A stretch of DNA of 56,170 nucleotides, filler included, from Squatina squatina (taxonomy: Eukaryota), in NCBI GenBank assembly GCA_031763465.1. It is 3 parts of 3 records of this genome, joined end to end, with 100 filler letters (N's around TTAATTAATTAA, not from the genome) between each part and the next. Parts side by side here need not be neighbours in the genome. Positions count along the whole stretch, not along the records: positions 12,378 to 41,615 come from JARFOE010000163.1; positions 41,716 to 56,170 come from JARFOE010000219.1; 1 more part is not named here. One strand, 5' to 3'. Numbering within the stretch: the first letter of the stretch is position 1; each line of letters starts with the position of its first letter. Positions 40,501 through 53,067 of the stretch are shown piece by piece. Under the pieces are notes generated by a model. The model was not told where the DNA came from, did not search any database, and saw only the letters and a program-made list of their open reading frames with translations. The translations under genes and the position numbers were made by a program.

Positions 40501-41615
40501 CAAATATAATTTTAAAAATGCACCAAATTGGATGTAGACATAAGAGTGTGCAATTGAAGATGGAAGACATGAGCAACAAATGAAGTAGCGGGCTGTGACA
40601 AACGCCCAAAATGTAATTCCTCGCCTCCACATTTGTGATGCATGGTCAACTGATGCTAATTTGTAAAAATTGCTTGTAGTCAACTTTATACAGCAGACCA
40701 GCTATTTTGTCGATGGAAAAGCCAAAGAGGGAAAGATTCTTCATTGCTTTGTACTACTAAAACCACAGTAATATCACAAATGGATATCAGCCCCAACNNN
40801 NNNNNNNCAAAAAGAAAAGCATTGTTGTTTCTGATTTCACAATATTTAAAATAGTTGCTAGGCAATTGCACAGTAGGAGTTTTTTTTTAACCTGGCACCA
40901 GAGGACAGTCAAACCCTGTGGCCAACCAATAATCATATCTGTCACGATTGTCTAATTGACAACCAAAGCCAAGCTTTCTTACATGGTTATTTTAACAGTA
41001 AGTATCAATTAAGTGTGCGTCACAGACTGTGTTTAAAGCCACACATACATGGAGGTTTTTCCTCTAGATTAAAATATAATGTAGAGGAAGGTTCAGTTTA
41101 AAGCATACTGTATAAACAATACAGACTTCCTGGACTTGGCTTCGATCCTAATTAAAAATGCGGCAGCCCACACTTGGAACGTCACCAGCTTAATATGGAA
41201 TTGATCCAAGTAGGCAGTTGATCCAAATAAATTTGTCTTGATCACTAGTGTAGCCGCTGCGCTGCAAGGAATGCATACTGCGTATGTTGTGCCACTAGGC
41301 CAGCATGCCTAGATTAATTCAACTTTTGCACTTGTGTAGGAAGCAGACCTGATTGCAAATTAGACTCCTTTTTATTTGCAGGTGCAGTGGATAGCTGTAA
41401 CCACTATGCAGCTATTTCCAACTGAATAAAGGAGTTATCAATTCAAATGACTGAGAAGCAGAGTATTAAGACCAGTTAACAGAGTGCTGGTATAATGATG
41501 ATGTCTCCATTCTTTATGGGACACATTTCAGCAGGACGGTAAGGCTCTACATTTCCCATAGGGGCAGCATCGCTGGAACCCGCTCACTTACCTTAACAAC
41601 AGAGGTGGTTTCTAA

Positions 41616-41715
41616 NNNNNNNNNNNNNNNNNNNNNNNNNNNNNNNNNNNNNNNNNNNNTTAATTAATTAANNNNNNNNNNNNNNNNNNNNNNNNNNNNN
41701 NNNNNNNNNNNNNNN
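41616..41715. other. artificial scaffold linker (44N-TTAATTAATTAA-44N)
   Basis: Same construct as 12278-12377. Confidence 0.93.
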
Positions 41716-41822
41716 AGTGGAATCAGTTTTGGGTTGCTCTAGCTAAGAGCCAGCACTGACACAATGAGCTGTACGGCCTGTTCTGTGCTGTAAACTTCTA
41801 TAAGCTCCTCCAAAGTCCTCAC

Positions 41823-42013
41823 ATTAGCTTGTATGGACAGACAACGATTGCCTGAAGGATTTCCTTCACTTGTTCTGCACCACCTCCCTGCCATTGCCTT
41901 AACTGGGGCATACAGGCTTGTGCCAACGCCCACTGTCCCTGCCGCAAGTGCTCACAAAAGAACACAAACAGCCTCTCCAACGAGTCCTCTTCCTCTCTCC
42001 CAAATGGGTGCAT
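41823..42013 (-). CDS. ZFYVE26: spastizin (SPG15) first coding exon; the rest of the gene is cut off by the scaffold end
   Basis: MHPFGREEEDSLERLFVFFCEHLRQGQWALAQACMPQLRQWQGGGAEQVKEILQAIVVCPYKL resembles the human N-terminus MNHPFGKEEAASQKQLFGFFCECLRRGEWELAQACVPQL...ILQALVVCPNLL. Phase-2 donor AT|gtgagg; likely acceptor ttccttatttgcag| at 42111; an in-frame ATG also lies at 42028. Confidence 0.92.
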
Positions 42014-44144
42014 TTTCGCAGTCTTCATCCCAGTGGCCAGGTACGATGAAGATCCTTCCACAGCAAAGATATTCTGTACTACAGGCTAACAAACCACTTA
42101 AGATGCATCGCCTGCAAATAAGGAAGTTACATTAAAAAAGTGAACCTATTTGTACTTGCATAATAGTACAGTATCAGAAAGCAGAAGGAAAGTGTTGCCA
42201 TAAATTTTTCATTGGGCTTTTTGTGGTTAAAATATAGAATTCAGGATAATTACTGGTTTGGGGTTTTTTTTTTTTTCAAAATTTATTTATTTTATATGCC
42301 ATATTTTTCATTCTTTGTAAGAGCAGTAGTAATTTCACAAGGTATAAACCAGTAGTAAATAAAGCCCAACACACAATTTTCATAGAAATATAAAAACTTA
42401 GAAATATAACTGTTAAAGGTCTTTGAAACATGAGGTTTGATGACAAGTTTAATGTTTATATTGTTGGGTGTTTCACTCTATTTTTTCTAAAGGTAAGACT
42501 GGAATATCATTTAAGAAGCAGTAAAATTCATATATAGGGTCCAGAATGTACCGAATACACATACCACTTTTTGATACTTGTCTTTTTTATGTAATCTACT
42601 CCTACAGTCAAGACAGAATTTGAAACCATTGCCAACATCTGTATCTGCAAGGCAACTGTTATCTAAAATTCCTGATGTGCTTAGTTACCTTGTGCTGCAT
42701 CACAATAGNNNNNNNNNNNNNNNNNNNNNNNNNNNNNNNNNNNNNNNNNNNNNNNNNNNNNNNNNNNNNNNNNNNNNNNNNNNNNNNNNNNNNNNNNNNN
42801 NNNNNNNNATGACGTCACGCGCCGACCCGTCGCGGAATTAGTTGGCCCTGTCACAAAGGCCTTGCGCCTCGGACGCCAGGACGAATCCCTGTGCCCGAAT
42901 AGTGCGACCGCCTTTTTTAACACCCTGTTGCTCCCTGTGGGAGGCGCTATCAGGGCCAAAAATAGACCAATTGGGTGACTTTTTTATATTCAAGGTTCTT
43001 GAAGTCTAAGTTTGACCCATCTTTTTGTTTTGAATTGTTTGGACTACAATTGTTCTCATGTTATGTTATCGTATTGGATTTATTGCAATTTGTTTATTTG
43101 CCAGCTCATTTATAATCATGGCTTTACTTGCTGAAATACATTTTACATTGAACAAAAAAAAAAGTTACTCGTGCTGAAATGTAGTTTAATTTGTATTTTA
43201 CACCTTGATTTCTTGAAGCTCCTATAAAAAACATACGGTGAAGGCTGTGGATAGTAGTGGGACATAAGTAAACATTGACTGTTTCCAATTTTGAATTTGT
43301 TGGTCAGCAGGAAGGAGCAACACTTTTTTAGTAGTATGACTTTCTTTACTGTTCTAGTATTTGATCATAACTACTTAGAACTTTATGGTAAAGAAACTTT
43401 GCAGTTCTGGAAAAAATTAGGGCTGAAAAATTGAGCTGAGGCAGTTTGTCACTTTCCCATGAATTCCCTCTCAAAACATTCCTTTTAAAAATAACTGATC
43501 ATACTCCTTTGCTGTGATATGGTTCCAAGGTTGTCTGGTACCTTGCTCAAGTAGCTATTGTTCATACATCAGCCTTAGTGATAAATGGCCAACACTGCCA
43601 GATCAGATGCCATCCTCATCTGATACCCAACACATGGTTTTCCAGCAGGAGTGGCTTAAGCGACAGGAGCAGGATCAGTAGCAGGAGCCCTGGCTGATGT
43701 TTTTTGTATTATTTTTGGGGCTCATTGCAGTGGCATTAACACGGAGTTCAGCAAACTCAGCACAAGTGAGGATTTCCCTGTTTTCACTGGATTAAATCAC
43801 TTCAGTAAGAAAATGAAATGAGTTCTGGCTCTAAGGCAGTCAATGTTGAACTGAAGTCAGTATACTTGTCTCTAGGTCAAGACAGTGACACAGAAGAAGA
43901 AACAAAACAGCTGATTCTGGTCAGATGAAACTGTAATGTCTCAACATTTTCTGTCCAATCCCCAGCTCAACCTTAGTCCTCAATTACACCCTAAACATCC
44001 TTCCCTACGAGTGCGTGCACCTACCCAAACAAGGACAAATGCTGTTTTAAAAAAGTTTGAAGTGCAGCAGTTCCCAAACAGAAGACTTTTTTTTACTACC
44101 CTATACTTTCATATAGTAGGCTTGTATTTTCTTGAGTATAAGGC

Positions 44145-44246
44145 TTGATCTAGTTGAGGTGTTCAAGATGATTAAAGTCACTGTTAGGATAACTATTTAC
44201 TGTGGTGGAGGAATCCAGAACAAGGGGCCATAACCTTAAAATTAGA
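44145..44246 (+). mobile_element. CR1 LINE RT C-terminal fragment
   Basis: DLVEVFKMIK...ESRTRGHNLKIR. Confidence 0.8.
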
Positions 44247-45244
44247 NNNNNNNNNNNNNNNNNNNNNNNNNNNNNNNNNNNNNNNNNNNNNNNNNNNNNN
44301 NNNNNNNNNNNNNNNNNNNNNNNNNNNNNNNNNNNNNNNNNNNNNNTGACAAATGTTTTCATAATCATGATACAAGACTGCCTTCTCTGGCGATGTTCCA
44401 CTGCTTTGAAACGAACCAAATGCCATGAGATAGAAGCACTTTTTGAAATTTCATTTCAATTTATTTCCTTTGTTCTTCTTTGCAACTCCAACTGAGGGCA
44501 CTTTTGTAAGAAGCTTATGTCACCTGTTTGATTGCCTGGATCCACTCTGACCTTTCAGCACGGGAGCCAGCTTGAATGTAATAATGCACGTCATTTGTGG
44601 TTATGATCTTGAAGAGATTTCCTTGAACATTTCCCTTTATTCCTGAAAGATTAAATAATCATGCGGATAAACATGTATGTTTGTTATGTTTAAAAAAAAA
44701 GCAGCTCTTCTGCACGAAACAAAAACCCATTAGGTGAGCCAAGTCCTCACAGCTCCATTACACAAGCAATAGCTTTGAAGGGATCTTGAAATCTCTACAT
44801 GAGGAATATTGTGACCACTGGGTGATTTACAGAGACTGGGGAAAGACCGATACAATTGTCAGCCTGTCTTCCTTTCAGTGATGTTCTGTCATTTGTTGTT
44901 GTAATAGACAAAAGACGTAGGACAACCTTCTATTTTCAAATTCATATTGTGCATGCTGCTCATTAACATCTTCCTCAGGTGTGTTGTCCAAGCTCACATC
45001 TACCCTAATACTTTGGCTGACAGCAGCCTCTCCACAGGTGAGGTAATCACTGGCATAACCATTAAATTAAAAAAAAAAGGGTGATCTTTATTGCTCCTCT
45101 ATATGATCAAATGAAAGCCTTAAGTTGTGCATTTTGCAATAATGCTCCTGATTAAATATCTCAAGACAGGTGAAAGTCACTGCTTGCTGCCAGCATTTGT
45201 CTCTAGAATTACCTCTTCATAATTTTTTATTTTAGAATTTTTAT

Positions 45245-45645
45245 TCTCGAGATGTGGGTGGCACCACCAAGTCTTCATTTATTGCCCCTAGTTGCCCAAA
45301 GAAGGTCATGGTGAGATTAGGATTCTTAAGTAGTAATTGTCTTAACAGCAATGGTTTGCTAGGCCATTTAGAGGTCATTAAGAGTCAACCAAGTAGTGTG
45401 GGACTGGAGTCACCTCTAAGCCAGACTGGGCAGGGGTTGCAAGCTCCCTTCCCTGAAGGAGCCAGTTAGGTTTTTATGATAATCCAGCAGAGATTTCATG
45501 ACATTTATTTCTTTCTGATGCCAACTCACAAATTACCAGGTTTATTGTACTTGATTTGGAACTTGACCTCTGTTGCTAGTCCATGACCTCTGTTGTGAAT
45601 CCATAACCTCTGCTGCTGGTCCAGTACCATAACCACCACATTACT
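45245..45645 (-). mobile_element. tRNA-derived SINE, V-SINE/HE1-like (decayed)
   Basis: catttattgcccctagttgccc tail, taagagtcaacc...ggactggagtcac...cccttccctgaagg core and ccagtaccataaccac head, read in reverse; family assignment from memory. Confidence 0.55.
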
Positions 45646-45689
45646 GCATTCTTTTAAGCAACTCACAAACATTGCTCAAGATTTTCTTG

Positions 45690-45749
45690 GCCAGTGTGGC
45701 TCAGTGGGTAGCACATTCACCTTTGAGTCAGAAGGTTGTAGGTCTTGAG
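45690..45749 (+). mobile_element. tRNA-derived SINE head running into a gap
   Basis: A-box tggctcagtggg followed by gagtcagaaggttgtaggt; the complement of the head at 52540-52600. Confidence 0.7.
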
Positions 45750-45868
45750 NNNNNNNNNNNNNNNNNNNNNNNNNNNNNNNNNNNNNNNNNNNNNNNNNNN
45801 NNNNNNNNNNNNNNNNNNNNNNNNNNNNNNNNNNNNNNNNNNNNNNNNNACTGTGAAGTAAAGAATAT

Positions 45869-45874
45869 TTTATT
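45869..45874 (-). terminator. candidate polyadenylation signal (AATAAA) of EIF2S1
   Basis: AATAAA on the minus strand about 430 nt after the stop, at the end of an AU-rich 3'UTR-like stretch. Confidence 0.55.
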
Positions 45875-46300
45875 GATAACACATTGTTTTTTTTTAAATG
45901 TTCTGAATACAATTTTGCTTGAAAAACCTTTTCCTTCCTCTCTCAGAACTACATATTTGTAAAACTCCAGTATGATTATACAATTAGCGATTTTCAAGTG
46001 TTTCAATTTGGAAAATTCCTGCTGTAAATTTAACAGGCACTCAACTTGCTCCCCGCTGCATCATTTTTACACTGGGGCAGTTACAGCTTCCCAAAGAATT
46101 AGGTCAGCCTGCAACATTTTCTATTGGAACCCTGAAAAGAAAATGGTACAGAACAATTCCCAATCACAAGCTATGTAAATGAGAAATCAAATACTCTTGC
46201 GTGAAGTCTTTTGGATACGTCCAATACTGATAGCTTTGGAGTCTGTATTTTGAATGGAGTTTTGTGTTTCCCTCGTCAACTTCCTGTGTTCAGCAGCTAA

Positions 46301-46510
<210 letters not shown>

Positions 46511-47951
46511 AGNNNNNNNNNNAAGTACGTGCATAAAGAAAGTTACTGCCTATTCTGGTTACTTGCATACGCCCATCACACTAGTGTAGATAATGAAGAG
46601 TGATCACAAATTAGATACAAAGGACTCCCACCCCATCAAACTAACTTTTCAATAAATCAGCTGAGGTACAAAATATTGGAAAGAGCTGCATTTCGATCAG
46701 TTAAAACTAAGTATGTAGTACAAGGGCAGATACCCAAACTAATCTGTGCTCCCTTTCACAGTTATCTTGTGCCATACACACCACAGCCAGAACGGATTTG
46801 ATTTTAACCCTCTGAGTACATTGTGAGGGGTTCAGGTGGCTGCTTGCATTGCCTTTAGGGAAGTTCCTGGCTTCCACTTAACACTCATCCTGATTGAATG
46901 AACAACGAGGAACCAAAACTGCAAACCACTGAAGTGAACTCATCAGTGCTCCGATGCATGGCAGCATCAACCTGTCTAAGNNNNNNNNNNNNNNNNNNNN
47001 NNNNNNNNNNNNNNNNNNNNNNNNNNNNNNNNNNNNNNNNNNNNNNNNNNNNNNNNNNNNNNNNNNNNNNNNNNNNNNNNCTTTATTATTTTTGGAAAAT
47101 GTTTTAATTCACATGTGCTTGTTATGAATCAGACTCTTTCCCAACACTCGGTATTCATAATCACTGCAAAATATAGCTTCAAAGGCAGGCCAAAGCCTCC
47201 AATGAACCCAGCCTGAACCTTATATGTGTGGTGACTAGAAATAGTTTGCCCCAGGGTTAATAATCCATCACCTGCATGGATGGGAAGTGGAAAGTGATCT
47301 TACGAGTTTTTTACCAGTTCAGACCTGAAACAAAGACTACTGGAAATCTGTCGCACCCACCATCCCCTTTAGTGGGTGCAGCCATCACAGAAAGTAACTT
47401 ATACCTGCCCTTAGCCAGCTTTCTATATTTGCTCTATCCACAGGCATTCAATGCAAGGACAAAGGAAATCCTTTTAGAAATGCAGTCATGGCTTTAATTT
47501 AAAAAATCCCAGTGCTCTGACCCAGACATAATTTAAATGAAAATTTATTGAGTAAATTTTATAACCTGCAAAAGGACATAACTTTTCAGTCACAATGCCT
47601 CCATTATGTTATTAGTATTAGTATCATATTGGTACTGTACTTAGAGTGCCATGTGATAGGGTAATGCTCATATTACTCCTGAATCAGGGAAAGTAAAATT
47701 TTGTGCATGGTTATTTAAACATGCACACAGCTCTCCTCACCAGCCTCCAACATCCAGTGACATTTTTAAAGTTAAGAAAGAACTGATGAGATAGTGGATG
47801 TTCTTCTAACATTAGAAAGTTGAAGGGAGTTTTGTAGATTAGCTGAATTACTTGATGAGTGTGACAAGATGACATTCTTGATTGCAGGGATTGGTACAGG
47901 GAGCAAGCAAGGAATGCATTCAAAAGGAGGTTAATAAAATATGGCACTGAC

Positions 47952-48095
47952 CTCCATCTGGATGTTGAACACTCCCCTTTTCTCCTCGATCCGCTCTTTA
48001 ATTGCAGACATGGCTTGGTTTAGAACAGAAAGGCCTTCTGTACGCTCAAGTGTTGTAGTAGTCATAACGTATCTTGGAGGAGCTATTAGATTTAT
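47952..48095 (-). CDS. EIF2S1: eIF2-alpha internal exon (exon 7 equivalent)
   Basis: Translates [48 protein letters not shown]. Boundaries tag| and |gtcagt; 144 nt, phase 0/0. Confidence 0.96.
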
Positions 48096-49157
48096 CTAGA
48101 CAGGGAAGCAAAAATTAAGCACCATTGAGATTACAGGAACCGAGAATGAAGATTTTGTCAACCATCATAATCTGCACGAAGAGAGGACTTCCAGAGTTCA
48201 AGTGTACACTCTATAAAAAGGTTCAGCTGATATGGATCAAGCCAACTTGAAATACAAATAAAGCAGCAATGTATGTTCTACCCATTTCTTCTGAAATTCC
48301 ATACAATTGCCACATGTCAGGTTTTGCATTACCTGGCAATCTTTAGGGCCTCCTGGACTAGTTCGTCACAGAATACCAAATGACATTTAAGGGTTTGCGT
48401 GGAAGATTACACAAACTTGCGTGTTAAAGTTCTTAGCTGAATTGACAATTTTCTTGCATCAATCTTGCCAAGTGCTATGCTGTTGCACCCATATACCATT
48501 GTCATAAATCTCATTACTATCTCAATTCAATTATTTTGTCACTTTTGTCATTGTCATTTTCTGCTGTGAAAACCAAGGAATTGGTTAAAATTCTGCTAAC
48601 CCGATCGTCTAATTCCATTCACCCCCAACCCCAAGTGTAACTGAACAATGTATCACATTTCAATAGATTTAAAAAAAATTAAACAGGTTCAAAAGTTTCT
48701 AAAGAACCAACAGTGGCATTACACAGCCACTTATGCATTGNNNNNNNNNNNNNNNNNNNNNNNNNNNNNNNNNNNNNNNNNNNNNNNNNNNNNNNNNNNN
48801 NNNNNNNNNNNNNNNNNNNNNNNNNNNNNNNNNNNNNNNNATTAATTTTCCGTGCTCATAGAAGGGGGCTGTAATACCCCCATTTACTTTAGAAGAGGAT
48901 CTCCAATTGCAACCCATAATAAACAGACATCAGTACTCCCCTGGAAGGATTTCTGCCTTGTGCCCTTAAATGCAACATGCATTGTCATCTGTTGTTGCCC
49001 AGTATAAAAGGGGCTAATTTGACAGCAAGAGAACTCAGGCTATTTTAAAGTCACTTACAATTAAACTGGTTCTGTAATATAAATGCTGTATGAGATACGA
49101 GGAACTTCCTCAGAAAGCCTCCACCCTCAAAGTAGTAGAAAATAAATTAATTCTTAC

Positions 49158-49309
49158 GAAACTGCATGTTTAAATGCATCGTAAGCTCCATATCCAGGCC
49201 TTCTGTACTTCTCATCGAAGACCCAGGCTGTTCTCTGAAACAGACTATCCAGCTGTTCATCTTTAGTGTACTCAAGCACCTCTGCCACATGTCGCAAGAT
49301 GCTATACAC
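49158..49309 (-). CDS. EIF2S1: eIF2-alpha internal exon (exon 4 equivalent)
   Basis: Hand translation gives [50 protein letters not shown](S). Boundaries cag| and |gtaag; 152 nt. Not in the ORF track. Confidence 0.96.
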
Positions 49310-52210
49310 CTGTTGAGAAAAAGCGAACACGATGAAAAATCTTTGTTTCGCTCAAGGAGAATTTAACATTAAACAGTGATGGTGTGTCTTCATTCTTTAA
49401 CAAGAAGGTTCATTATAAAAAGATACTGTCTTGAAGGTGTCCCAAGTGCTTCACACTAATAAAATTCCTATTGAAAAGCAGTCACTGTTGTAGGGTTAAA
49501 AATGGCAGCTAAATTGTACACAGCTAGTCCCCTAACCCAGCAAATTAGATGAAAACCAAATTAATTTGCTTTTGGTGCTGCTTGGTGAGGAACACCAGAA
49601 CTCCCTGTGATTTAGATTCAGGACTCCAAGGGCTAATTCACAAGTATGCAGCTTTCTCCCAGTTGTTTTAAATATAGGGAAGTACTGACGCTACGATGAA
49701 AAGAGGTGATTGGTATGTTAATAAGATAGCAGGTGCAACCATTATCATCATAANNNNNNNNNNNNNNNNNNNNNNNNNNNNNNNNNNNNNNNNNNNNNNN
49801 NNNNNNNNNNNNNNNNNNNNNNNNNNNNNNNNNNNNNNNNNNNNNNNNNNNNNNNNNNNNNNNNNNNNNNNNNNNNNNNNNNNNNNNNNNNNNNNNNNNN
49901 NNNNNNNNNNNNNNNNNNNNNNNNNNNNNNNNNNNNNNNNNNNNNNNNNNNNNNNNNNNNNNNNNNNNNNNNNNNNNNNNNNNNNNNNNNNNNNNNNNNN
50001 NNNNNNNNNNNNNNNNNNNNNNNNNNNNNNNNNNNNNNNNNNNNNNNNNNNNNNNNNNNNNNNNNNNNNNNNNNNNNNNNNNNNNNNNNNNNNNNNNNNN
50101 NNNNNNNNNNNNNNNNNNNNNNNNNNNNNNNNNNNNNNNNNNNNNNNNNNNNNNNNNNNNNNNNNNNNNNNNNNNNNNNNNNNNNNNNNNNNNNNNNNNN
50201 NNNNNNNNNNNNNNNNNNNNNNNNNNNNNNNNNNNNNNNNNNNNNNNNNNNNNNNNNNNNNNNNNNNNNNNNNNNNNNNNNNNNNNNNNNNNNNNNNNNN
50301 NNNNNNNNNNNNNNNNNNNNNNNNNNNNNNNNNNNNNNNNNNNNNNNNNNNNNNNNNNNNNNNNNNNNNNNNNNNNNNNNNNNNNNNNNNNNNNNNNNNN
50401 NNNNNNNNNNNNNNNNNNNNNNNNNNNNNNNNNNNNNNNNNNNNNNNNNNNNNNNNNNNNNNNNNNNNNNNNNNNNNNNNNNNNNNNNNNNNNNNNNNNN
50501 NNNNNNNNNNNNNNNNNNNNNNNNNNNNNNNNNNNNNNNNNNNNNNNNNNNNNNNNNNNNNNNNNNNNNNNNNNNNNNNNNNNNNNNNNNNNNNNNNNNN
50601 NNNNNNNNNNNNNNNNNNNNNNNNNNNNNNNNNNNNNNNNNNNNNNNNNNNNNNNNNNNNNNNNNNNNNNNNNNNNNNNNNNNNNNNNNNNNNNNNNNAC
50701 CATCTCCCCACTGTCCCCACTCATAAACTTACATTCTCACTGGTTTCAAACAATCAACAGATGGAGCTTTCAAATGTTTTTCACTTCATTCCTGTGGACT
50801 TTCCATCTGCTTTCTCAATTTACGCAGTTTGCGTTCAAAAGCATTTTGTAGATATTAATACAACCCGCTCCCTCCCCACTGCTCACTAATGGCCTGGGAT
50901 TGGAGCACATTTCTGATGTTTAACTGATTGCCTGGCCTGTCCCTTTAAATCTGCTTGCTGTTCAATGTTTCTTCTGGGACTCGAGTTATTTCTAGCCACT
51001 TATCAATCGTTAACTATAGCTGAGGTCAATAAATTGCTTGTAACTTTCCGTCTTCAGGTCAGAAAAACCCATGATGGAATACCTGGCTTTCTTTCTCTTT
51101 AAGGTTGCTTTCCATTTGTAACAAAGGTATGACAACGTGTCAAGACTTTTATTTGCGTTTTATTAAATCTCTTGTAGCAGTGCTGAAAGAGAGTCAGCCG
51201 TGCCATTATTGCAAAGGGGAGTACGAGGGTGTGGAAGTGGTGAAGCAGAACACATGCCTAATGTACGGATTTGCAAAGAACTTTGTAAGAGAGCTCCCTT
51301 TTAGCAGTAAAGCAAGGGGTTTTTGATTGATCCCTGGTAAATAGCATTTCCTTATCCACTGCAGTGGATAAAATAAGTACCACAGTCACTTAAATATACA
51401 AACAATCCTGGTTTTCAGTTTTTTGCATAAACAAATAGAAAAACAACAGCTGTAATCATTTAGAATACATTATAATATTGGTCCATCACTATCTTTCATT
51501 TCCTTCTCCCCTTGTTTACATAAAAATTGTTGCTTGAAAATAGGTTGCGTGTTAAAACTTATCACAGAACAGTTCCAAAGTTCACACTTTAATATGTTTG
51601 ATGTCTTTAGGAAAAGCAAACTCCTCATTATTGTTATTGCCTGAGAAATGACAATGTTCAAGTTGTACTGCACAGATTAAGCAGAGAGAATCATGCTTGT
51701 GCATGTTGGGAGTTCATTCCACAGAGCACATGCTCAAAGTGTAACATGCTGAAAATTGCAATTGTTTCTTCAGCTGCCAATGCCAGTAAGCCAATAAACT
51801 CAAGCCCCAGGCTTTTCACAGAAGCTGAGGCCTCTGCCAAAAGCAGTAATGAAGGGTCTCAAAGATACAAGAGACAATTCTATAGGTAGCGTTAATCACG
51901 CTATTATCAACAATACAATTTTTATGAGTTTATGTTCGAAACATCATTATTAGCAGTGTGTCATTGAATTACTGTAAAACCAAGATGGCAGCCAAAAAGA
52001 TTTTCAAAAATATTTGAAGCAATTTGTGAAAGTTAAGGAATCCATTTGGAAATTTGCAAATAATTGATAATGAAATTTACATATCAGCCAATCAGCTGCA
52101 AGTGTGACACAGAGATTGGTGACACAGAGCCTTGGTGTTTGATTCAAATGAAGTACGATGCAGAAATGTGCAATGGGCAAAAGGTGCGTTACATCTATCC
52201 TTTGTATATA

Positions 52211-52600
52211 AAGAAAGAACTTGCATTTATATAGCACTTTTGCATCCTCAGGATGTCTCAAAGCACTGAACAACCAATGAATTACTTTTGAAGTGTAGGC
52301 AAACACATCAGCCAATTTTTACACAAGGTCCCATAAACAAGATAATGAACTGTTTTTGCTGATATTAGCATGAGGTAAATGTTGTCCAGAATAACTCTTC
52401 TGCCGTTCTTCAAACAGTGCCAACGGATCCGTTACATCTACCCAAGAGAGCAGATGATGCCTCAATTTAACGTCTAACCCAAAAGACAGTGTAGCACTTA
52501 AGCATCAGCCTAGATTTTGCCCTCAAGTCCTACTGCGGGTCTTGAACCCATACCATCTGACTCAGAAGCAAGAGGGCTACCACTGAGCCAACGCTGACAC
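52211..52600 (-). mobile_element. near full-length DeuSINE/SacSINE1-like SINE in an EIF2S1 intron
   Basis: tRNA-like head (tggctcagtggtagc...gggttcaagacc), Deu-like core (tagacgttaaattgaggc...ggcactgtttgaagaac) and L2-like tail (gctatataaatgcaagttctttctt). Confidence 0.75.
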
Positions 52601-52734
52601 TTGTCACAAGAAACAGCTTACAAAAAAGCGAGATGAGCAATGAAAAGTTTGAACCACTAAAGGGGCTCCAATTATTCCTACTGCAAGCAGCCAGATTTAA
52701 AAATCTACATCTGAAGAACCACAACCTCGAGTTA

Positions 52735-53067
<333 letters not shown>

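Noticed and set aside
41583-41615. Strong minus-strand donor AAG|gtaagt next to ZFYVE26
   Set aside because: It lies across the artificial linker, and the peptide (LETTSVVK) does not match the next spastizin exon.
49633-50889. 350-397 aa ORFs in the ORF track
   Set aside because: They are almost entirely N-gap; the same artefact applies to all X-filled ORFs.
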